NCBI GenBank assembly: GCA_034722055.1
Contig: JAYENL010000087.1
Span: 1 to 11,623, forward strand
Origin: Armatimonadota bacterium
Lineage (GTDB): Bacteria; Armatimonadota; Zipacnadia; Zipacnadales; UBA5352
DNA: 11,623 nt
Direction: 5' to 3'
Shown: one piece after another, positions 6,901 to 11,623 of the stretch
Layout: each line of letters begins with the position of its first letter
Position numbering within the stretch: the stretch's first letter is position 1
Translations under genes and position numbers: made by a program
Notes under the pieces: model-generated
What the model was told of the DNA's origin: nothing
The model's database searches: none
The model's input: only the letters and a program-made list of their open reading frames with translations

Positions 6901-8411
6901 CCGTTGTCGTCTGTCGTTGCCGTCGCGTCGTACGGAGGGGTGGGCTGCCCAGCCCGCCCGGCCGTTTGTCGTTTGTCGTTGCCGCCGTGCCGCCGCCGCA
7001 GGTTACAGCGGGCCTGTGGCCCCCTGGCGGGCGAGGGCGCCCGCCTCCCATAATGAAGGGAACGGCGGGCCGGACGGTGGTCCGGCCCCTCCATACGGCA
7101 AGGCAACGGCAATCGCCCTGCATCCGGAGCCGTTATGCCGTACGGAGCGGGGGGCTTCCCAGCCCGCCCGCCGTTGTCGTCTGTCGTTGCCGTTGTAGGG
7201 CGCGGACCTGTGCCGCGCCAGCCGTTGTCGTCTGTCGTTGCCGTCGCGTCGTACGGAGGGGTGGGCTTCCTTGCCCGCCCGCCGTTGTCTGTCGTTGCCG
7301 TTGTAGGGCGCGGACCTGTGCCGCGCCAAAAGGAGTCGGGCTGGAAGCCCGACCTACGCGAGGAACACCGCTGTTCGTGATCGGGCTGGAAGCCCGACCT
7401 GCGCGAGAATGACGGGGCCGTTCGCCGTCCCGGCGCTTCCCGATTGCCAATTGCCGCTTCCCCATTCCCGCCCTCACCACCCCGCCTGCAATGCTCCCGC
7501 AGCTCATCCATATCGAAGGCGGGGAAATGGAAGGTCTCCAGGTCCAGCTCCCACTGGCAGCGCTGTGCGATGCGCGCGGCGTTTTCGACCGCCTCCGGCT
7601 GGTCGGCGAAGAGCTCCGCCATCTGGTGAGGATCCTTGAGGTAGAACTCGGCGTTGGGCCGCCGGTCGGGGTTGGGCTCATCGACCGTCTGCCGCGCGCC
7701 CATGCAGACCATGACATCCTGGAGGCGATACAGCGACTTCTCGACGTAATGCACGTTGTTGGTCGCCACGCACTCCAGCTCCAGGCGGGCGGCCAGGTCG
7801 GCCAGGCGGTAGCGCAGGCGGCTGTGCGGGCGAGGCAGCAGGTGATTGTGCAGCTCGATGAAGAGGCGTTCGGGGCCGAACAGGTCGCGGTAGTGCTCGG
7901 CGACCGCCCGGGCCTCGGAGAAGCGCTTGCGGTCCAGGAGGCTGGGGATCTCGCCGCGCTTGCGGCAGGCCGTCAGCGCGATGAGGTGGTCGGAGTGCCG
8001 GCGCAGGTTCTCCTGGCTCAGCACCGGGTTGTCGCGGTCCACGTCCTCGTAGGCCGCCGAGAAGGCGCTCTCGCGGCGGGCCTCGCCCAGCCGGGCAGCG
8101 GTCACCAGCCGGCAGAGGTTCGAGTAGCCCTCGTTGTCCTCGGCCAGCAGCAGCAGGTGTGGCGGACGTGCGGAGTCCTCAAGCAGATCGGGCAGCACGG
8201 GCTCGACGGTAAACTCCACGCCGATGATGGGCCTGACGCCGACCTCGGTTGCGGCCTGGAAGAACCGCACCGCGCCGGCGAGGGAGTTGTGATCGGTCAG
8301 CGCGATGGCGGACATCCCCCTGTCGCGCGCCGCCCGCGCCAGCTCATCGACCGGCGCCGCGCCATCGTAGAAGGAGAAGTTGCTGTGTGCGTGCAGGTGG
8401 ACGAAGTTCAT
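3903..8411 (-). CDS. dnaE2: DNA polymerase III alpha subunit, error-prone DnaE2/ImuC-like, with a ~390-aa repeat-derived in-frame insertion
   Basis: Starts MNFVHLHAHSNFSFYDG (ATG 8411). PHP motifs ALTDHN, IIGVE, HLLLLA..NEGYSNL and ATNNVHY. Polymerase motifs GRGSAGDS, LLFERFL, MPDIDVDFD, RHLSVHVGG, LVKMDILGL, GLFQLES, YQEQV and AYGFNKAHA. DnaE2-type features are SQPMGFYPP, an OB fold with RARPPTRSG..FISLED, no tau-binding tail, and an upstream LexA box. 1502 aa. The family is certain; the DnaE2 subtype is likely. Confidence 0.9.
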   Translation of the reverse strand: MNFVHLHAHSNFSFYDGAAPVDELARAARDRGMSAIALTDHNSLAGAVRFFQAATEVGVRPIIGVEFTVEPVLPDLLEDSARPPHLLLLAEDNEGYSNLCRLVTAARLGEARRESAFSAAYEDVDRDNPVLSQENLRRHSDHLIALTACRKRGEIPSLLDRKRFSEARAVAEHYRDLFGPERLFIELHNHLLPRPHSRLRYRLADLAARLELECVATNNVHYVEKSLYRLQDVMVCMGARQTVDEPNPDRRPNAEFYLKDPHQMAELFADQPEAVENAARIAQRCQWELDLETFHFPAFDMDELREHCRRGGEGGNGEAAIGNREAPGRRTAPSFSRRSGFQPDHEQRCSSRRSGFQPDSFWRGTGPRPTTATTDNGGRARKPTPPYDATATTDDNGWRGTGPRPTTATTDDNGGRAGKPPAPYGITAPDAGRLPLPCRMEGPDHRPARRSLHYGRRAPSPARGPQARCNLRRRHGGNDKRQTAGRAGQPTPPYDATATTDDNGWRGTGPRPTTATTDDNGGRAGKPPAPYGITAPDAGRLPLPCRMEGPDHRPARRSLHYGRRAPSPARGPQARCNLRRRHGGNDKRQTAGRAGQPTPPYDATVTADDDGGRGTGPRPTTATTDDNGGRAGKPAPPYDITAADDGNGRRGCARSASATGVCTANSPRSRSDLPGPRPTTETASPAAVSYPPPREGEGTRQYLRRLCYHGAARLYGHVTGQVRERLEHELSIIEDKGLSDYFLIVWDIVRFAREQGIRCSGRGSAGDSIVSYVLGITLADPIANDLLFERFLNPKRRNMPDIDVDFDTRRRDEVTKYIYDKYGAEQVAAVCTVNTFRARSAIREIGKALGFPEEEIGKLASVFPHIRAADIAEAIEKYPEVRDAELDVEDKRLLIELCREISGFPRHLSVHVGGLLIGARPLTEMVPLELANKGIVIAQFDKDDVEALGLVKMDILGLRIHSAIEDALDHIEGREGVRPDLDALPLDDEPTYQLLRGTRTVGLFQLESPGQRNLLGRTQPTEFEDIVANISLFRPGPVQADMITPYVLRKHGLQQVTYPHPDLEPILQSTFGVVIYQEQVLRIAHAIGGFSLGEADVLRRMMTSDIAPEDLEELQERFMLRAGERGIRPEVAEEIFGMIRGFAAYGFNKAHAACFGKMSYQTAWLKAHYPAELAAGILSSQPMGFYPPRTVAEDAKRCGAGILPPCVNRSEDRCLVEYDDNPTGDIRLGLWMVRGLQERSVERILAERERGGAFASLEDFCRRTSIPRPAVENLVLARAFAFTGLNVPELMWRLGALPDDAVADRRGRRSSPTLSYGDVDDLVGMLPSLDPMTEVGRVATDLHVLGVSTTRNAFSFWRERLDEMEVTSSTGLWECEDGDRVRVAGIVVSRARPPTRSGRTAIFISLEDDVGLVDVAVFEEAYQECGRALYTSPVLCVEGTLTRMGKLDLSVTAERVIGLGSWQDFRLAPVGDKSLGSAAHRNERILRQTPARGGERRQIAYY
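6345..7511. repeat. REP-like hairpin array embedded in frame within dnaE2
   Basis: Identical GTAGGGCGCGGACCTGTGCCGCGCC at 6553, 6874, 7195 and 7303, plus an interrupted copy at 6376. GGAG-headed GGGCGGGCT..AGCCCGCCC variants at 6502, 6613, 6823, 6934, 7144 and 7255. GGAGGGGCCGGACCACCGTCCGGCCC on minus at 6746-6771 and 7067-7092. G(T/C)AGGTCGGGCTTCCAGCCCGA on minus at 7335-7357 and 7381-7402. Linkers are of the CCGTTGTCGTCTGTCGTTG type. Boundaries are approximate. Confidence 0.9.
6487..7281. repeat. 321-bp direct tandem repeat (~2.5 units; 107 aa per unit)
   Basis: GCCGTTATG recurs at 6487, 6808 and 7129. GGTTACAGCGG recurs at 6680 and 7001. 6601-6946 matches 6922-7267 with a single mismatch seen (T6672/C6993). 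Confidence 0.95.
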
Positions 8412-8454
8412 GGATTCTCGCGGTTCGTTATCGGCTCTGAGCGGCGAGAAAAGG

Positions 8455-8742
8455 TTGTCGTTGTAGGGCGCGGACCTGTGCCGCGCCGGTCGTTGTCGTG
8501 TCGTTTGGAGGGGCGCGACTACGGGAGCTGCTGCGCAGCTCTCGCGCCCGGTCGTTGTCGTGCGCCGTACCGTCATGCCGTACGGAGCGATGGGGCTTCA
8601 GACCCGCCGGCCGTTTGTCGTTTGTCGTCCGTGGTGCGGGCGCCCCCGCCCGCACGCCGTTGCCGCCCGCGACTGAACAACGGCGTCGGGCTGGAAGCCC
8701 GACCTACGCGAAGATTTCCTACGCGAAGATGTCCCACGTAGG
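8455..8742. repeat. Intergenic REP-like array between the DUF6504 gene and dnaE2
   Basis: GTAGGGCGCGGACCTGTGCCGCGCC at 8463-8487, identical to the copies inside dnaE2. GGAG-GGGCGCGA...TCGCGCCC at 8507-8549. Degenerate GGAG hairpin at 8584. GTGGTGCGGGCG-CCCC-CGCCCGCACGCCGT at 8631-8660. GTAGGTCGGGCTTCCAGCCCGAC on minus at 8685-8707. A 15-bp duplication CCTACGCGAAGAT(T/G)T at 8703-8732. Confidence 0.9.
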
Positions 8743-8762
8743 GATGAAAGGGCCGCTTGTCT

Positions 8763-9023
8763 TCAGTCCCACACGCGGTAGACGTGCCACTGATCGGTGG
8801 CGGCATAGCGGCAGAGATCGAAGCACTTGCCGGCTTCGGTCATCACCCGCAGGAAGCATCGCTCTCCATCGCCCTCCCACCAGCGCCCCAGCAGCCGCCA
8901 GGTCCCGCCGGTCTCCACCACCCGGTAGCGCCTGCCCCGCCAGGTGAATGCATCCGGGCAGCGATCGCCCCCTATGGTCGCGATCTCGATCGGCTCGCCT
9001 ATCGACTTGGTCATCGTTACCAT
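8763..9023 (-). CDS. DUF6504-family small protein (resembles a stand-alone ImuB C-terminal domain)
   Basis: P.AFTWRGRRYRV...G.W....RWWEG..ER.F.RV....G..FDL.R.....QWHVYRVWD matches the Trp-rich pattern I recognise for DUF6504/ImuB-C. It is the first gene behind a LexA-boxed promoter and lies upstream of dnaE2. The start is ATG 9023 (GTG 9029 or ATG 9014 also possible). Confidence 0.8.
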   Translation of the reverse strand: MVTMTKSIGEPIEIATIGGDRCPDAFTWRGRRYRVVETGGTWRLLGRWWEGDGERCFLRVMTEAGKCFDLCRYAATDQWHVYRVWD

Positions 9024-9053
9024 GATCACTCACATCCATCGTGGGTGACTCAT

Positions 9054-9082
9054 AGTATATAGAACGTGCGTTCGAGTGTCAA
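9054..9082 (-). promoter_or_regulatory. sigma70/sigmaA promoter of the DUF6504-dnaE2 unit
   Basis: The minus strand reads TTGACA (9082-9077), a 17-nt spacer, then TATACT (9059-9054). It lies in a locally AT-rich patch about 30 bp upstream of the DUF6504 start. Confidence 0.9.
9061..9074. promoter_or_regulatory. LexA (SOS) operator, GAAC-N4-GTTC type
   Basis: CGAACGCACGTTCT on the minus strand matches the Gram-positive/Chloroflexi-type CGAACRNRYGTTC consensus and lies entirely within the -35/-10 spacer. Confidence 0.9.
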
Positions 9083-9148
9083 GGGGGAGATAAATGGTTT
9101 CGCGGCAATCCAGCAGGCTGTCGTGGATGGGTTGAGGAACGGCGTGTT

Positions 9149-9197
9149 GGGCCGACCTCCTCCGGCTGCAAAGCAGCCGTCGTCGTGCGGCCCCTCC
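9149..9197 (-). repeat. REP-like GGAG-GGGCCG...CGGCCC element with a nested hairpin
   Basis: The minus strand reads GGAGGGGCCG-cacgacga-CGGCTGC-TTT-GCAGCCG-gaggaggt-CGGCCC, with the same head and outer stem as 6746-6771, 3657-3733 and 11472-11584. Confidence 0.75.
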
Positions 9198-9256
9198 GAC
9201 GGCAACAGCTCACGCCCACCGTCGGCAGATGCGTTGCGGTACAGTCCTGAGCCGTC

Positions 9257-9288
9257 AGCTTGAGGCTTGCAGCTTGTAGCTTGTAGCT
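9257..9288. repeat. Heptanucleotide tandem repeat
   Basis: AGCTTGA GGCTTGC AGCTTGT AGCTTGT AGCT. Confidence 0.85.
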
Positions 9289-9380
9289 CCCTGAAAACTG
9301 CCGGCCGCTCCGGGTGGCGACGATGAGCAGCACATGCTTTCGGTTGCCGCTTCTCAGCGGGGTTGCGGTCGTTGCCGCCG

Positions 9381-11360
9381 CTATCCAAACCACACTCCCC
9401 AGCGGAGGAAGGGGCCACCCAGGGCCGCGCCCAGTGAGCCCCAGATGAGCCCCGCGGTGATGAAGTGCCCCACGGCGAAGCCCAAAAAGCCCGGGAGCGC
9501 CCGCAGATACGACTGGCTGCCGCCGTAGCGCAGCAGGATGGTCTTACAGATCCACACCACAAGGAACGGCCCCCATAGCTTGTGGCCGAAGGCCCCCGCC
9601 AGCACGTAGCCGATGGGATGCAGCGGGAAGCCGAACCAGTAGCCGCGGGCGATGGAGATGGCGGCCACCAGCAGGCCCCCGCCGATGGTGGCGATGATCC
9701 GCGGTGTGTCCGGGGGCGCGGGCATGTCCCGGGCGCGGAGCACGTTGGTGTACTCCTGACGAGCGGTGCCGGCGCCCCAGATGCCGCCGCGGAGGCCCAC
9801 GCCGCCCTCCTCGTAGTAGGGCTGGAGGTGGAAGACGAAGGCGAACACCGCGCCCACCGCCACCGCCAGCAGCAGCGTGGTCACGATCTGCCGCCAGTGG
9901 ACCTTCGTGCGCTGCGCCAGGTGCAGGCCCTCGATCTGATAGCCCGAGACCGTGGGGAAGTACCCGCGCGAGAGGAAGCCCATCATGGCGAAGATGGTCG
10001 GGGAGCGCAGGTCGCTGCTGGGACCGACCACGCCCTCCTGGCCGAGGAAGTTCCAGATGACCTTGTGCTGCTGCCCATAGGGGAAGGCCCACAGAATGGG
10101 GACGCCGGTCTCCGCGCGCAGCCGGCCGTAGACGACGCCCACGATGACCAGTATGCTCAGGTACAGCCCCGCCAGCCACGGAGCCATGCCGGCGGTGACG
10201 AAGAACATGAACAGGCCGGTGAAGCCCACGATCGCTCCCAGCAGCGCCCAGCGATAGGGCAGGCGGTCGCCGCGGCCCAGCGCGGGGCGCAGCAGGCTTC
10301 GCCAGGCGTGGCGGATGGCCTCGCGGCCCTTCCACAGCAGCACTCCGCCCATCACCAGGTAGGCGCCGATGCCCTGCTCCTGAGCGAAGGGCATGCCGCC
10401 CACTCGATAGCCCACCGAGGCCATCACCAGCGCCTGCAGCTTCTGAAACAGGTAGAAGAACCAGATCGAGAACGACAGCTCGGTGGAGATGAGGTATCCC
10501 AGGCCGATCAGGCCCGGTCGGAAGTCGATGTTCATGGGCCGGATGGCACGGAAGGGGTAGTCGGTGATTCCCCGGCTGATGTCGAAGTTGAGGGTCCCCT
10601 TGGGGCCGCCGAAGAACACCGCCCGGCTCATCAGGTAGAAGTTCAGGACCGTGGCGATCCCCATGCCGATCCAGGTGATGGGGTTGCGGAACAGCGGTGT
10701 GGCGCCCTCCTCCCCTAGAATCTCCAGCGGGAGGCGAACCAGGGGGAAGACGAGGCGCTCGTGCTCGATCCACTGCTCGGCAAAGAGGATCATCAGGCAC
10801 ATCAGCGTGCCGCCGAAGAGCACGAAGAAGCCGGTCCAGACCACAACGGGGATCCGCCAGACCTCCCACGGGATCTCCCCGGTCGGCGAGGCCTCGTAAA
10901 GCCACTTGTGGTAGATCAGCTCCGGAGGCGACAGCCAGGATGGGATGTGGGGCGCGATGGTGTCGGTGGGCGCCACTGGGGTGGAGTAGTACCAGGGGGC
11001 GCTGACGGTGGCGATCAAGAAGCGAGTCACGCCGCAGCCGAACATGAAGGTCGCCACGGTCACGAACAGGTAGACCACGATGATCTCGCCGGCCGAGAGG
11101 TCGCGCACGTAGGGGAGCCGGCGCAGCAGGGGGCTGGCGCCCGCAAGCACCAGCAGCGCCGTCAGGCCCGGGATGGAGGGCACCGCCTCGGTCATCTGGG
11201 CCGAGAGTGCGATGATCTCCCCCTGGCGGATCCAGTAGCCGGCCAGCCACGTCAGGCCGATGCTGAGCACCAGCATCGTGATGATCCGTACGTGCGTGGC
11301 CGGCCGCGCCTCTGCGTCCGGGGGGCCCGAGGGCTGGACATCGCTGATCTGCTCGTGCAT
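9381..11360 (-). CDS. DUF6785/DUF6784-family multi-pass membrane protein (putative transporter), paralog 2
   Basis: ATG 11360 (MHEQISD) follows AGGGAAG; 659 aa and hydrophobic. Motifs WIEHERLVFPLVRLPLE, STELSFSIWFF, MPFAQEQGIGA, RLRAETG, FPLHPIGY and KTILLRYGG..YLRALPGFLG are collinear with paralog 1. Stop TAG at 9381-9383. Confidence 0.82.
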   Translation of the reverse strand: MHEQISDVQPSGPPDAEARPATHVRIITMLVLSIGLTWLAGYWIRQGEIIALSAQMTEAVPSIPGLTALLVLAGASPLLRRLPYVRDLSAGEIIVVYLFVTVATFMFGCGVTRFLIATVSAPWYYSTPVAPTDTIAPHIPSWLSPPELIYHKWLYEASPTGEIPWEVWRIPVVVWTGFFVLFGGTLMCLMILFAEQWIEHERLVFPLVRLPLEILGEEGATPLFRNPITWIGMGIATVLNFYLMSRAVFFGGPKGTLNFDISRGITDYPFRAIRPMNIDFRPGLIGLGYLISTELSFSIWFFYLFQKLQALVMASVGYRVGGMPFAQEQGIGAYLVMGGVLLWKGREAIRHAWRSLLRPALGRGDRLPYRWALLGAIVGFTGLFMFFVTAGMAPWLAGLYLSILVIVGVVYGRLRAETGVPILWAFPYGQQHKVIWNFLGQEGVVGPSSDLRSPTIFAMMGFLSRGYFPTVSGYQIEGLHLAQRTKVHWRQIVTTLLLAVAVGAVFAFVFHLQPYYEEGGVGLRGGIWGAGTARQEYTNVLRARDMPAPPDTPRIIATIGGGLLVAAISIARGYWFGFPLHPIGYVLAGAFGHKLWGPFLVVWICKTILLRYGGSQSYLRALPGFLGFAVGHFITAGLIWGSLGAALGGPFLRWGVWFG

Positions 11361-11470
11361 CTGATCTTCCCTGGCCGCGCCGCGCGCAAGCTCGCCGCGG
11401 TGCTGGCGGATGACGGTGGCGTTCAAACGGACACTGGTGCTGGGTGGCAGGAGTTTGCGTACTGCCACCA

Positions 11471-11623
11471 TGGAGGGGCCGCCCCGAGCGGAGCGAGCGG
11501 GCGAGCTGTGGCGGCGGGAAGAGACGCGCAGCGTCTCCGGGGAGCGGTGCGTTGCAACGCACCGCTCAGGTTCCACCCCGGCCCACCCGTCAAGTAGTGC
11601 GGGCGCCCTCGCCTGCACGCCGT
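11471..11623 (+). repeat. REP-like composite upstream of paralog 2
   Basis: TGGAGGGGCCG...AGGTTCCACCCCGGCCCA at 11471-11585 encloses GAGACGC-GCA-GCGTCTC (11521-11537) and a perfect 26-bp palindrome (11542-11567). It is followed by GTAGTGCGGGCG-CCCT-CGCCTGCACGCCGT at 11594-11623. Confidence 0.85.

Noticed and set aside
6487..7330. CRISPR array
   Set aside because: The sequences between repeats are themselves repeated and low-complexity, spacing is irregular, several repeat families alternate, and there are no cas genes or leader.
7363..7376. Second LexA box (GAACACCGCTGTTC)
   Set aside because: The spacing is N6 rather than N4, it is intragenic, and no promoter is nearby.
6228..7412. 394-aa plus-strand ORF over the insert
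   Set aside because: It is an antisense reading of stop-poor repeats with no RBS or recognisable domain. It does caution that open frames arise easily in this DNA.
6345..7511. Intein or self-splicing intron in dnaE
   Set aside because: There is no C/S-start with HN-C/S/T end, no Hint or LAGLIDADG motifs, and the site is a variable linker rather than a conserved motif. No group I/II hallmarks were recognised. The content is dispersed repeats.
8412..8576. N-terminal extension of DnaE2 in the ORF track (1557 aa)
   Set aside because: It is translated repeat DNA; homology begins at MNFVHLHAHS (8411).
9030..9053. Leader peptide MSHPRWM upstream of DUF6504
   Set aside because: Its ATG abuts the -10 hexamer and so lies upstream of the expected transcription start.
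9050..9562. ORFs 9050-9562, 9079-9393 and 9066-9263 in the region upstream of the SOS promoter
   Set aside because: They span the promoter, the heptamer repeat and a REP-like element, and show no protein-like features.
1644..11597. Long overlapping ORFs (e.g. 1644-3011 +, 1987-3735 -, 4908-5831 +, 7491-8741 +, 9544-11562 -, 9582-10718 +, 10761-11597 +)
   Set aside because: They are shadow frames of real high-GC genes, with R/G/P/A-biased or antisense-typical composition and no motifs.

Overview
High-GC bacterial window in which all five credible genes lie on the minus strand. In transcription order they are: a DUF6785/DUF6784-type multi-pass membrane protein (9381-11360); a near-consensus sigma70 promoter with a GAAC-N4-GTTC LexA box between its -35 and -10; a small DUF6504/ImuB-C-like protein (8763-9023); an error-prone-type DNA polymerase III alpha subunit (DnaE2-like, 3903-8411); a second DUF6785/DUF6784 paralog (1413-~3356); and a secreted CBM + clan-A glycoside-hydrolase-like protein running off the left edge (<1-1362). 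The most unusual feature is a ~1.17-kb (~390 codon) stop-free, in-frame insertion in dnaE2 between the PHP and polymerase domains. It is built largely from the same REP-like G(T/G)(A/G)G-headed hairpins and GTC/GTT linkers that fill the intergenic regions, and it includes a 321-bp tandem duplication. Several REP-like hairpins show compensatory base changes, and several carry different smaller hairpins nested in their loops. Family names come from motif recognition, not from a database search. The gene content is suggestive of Armatimonadota or a similar lineage, but that is inference.
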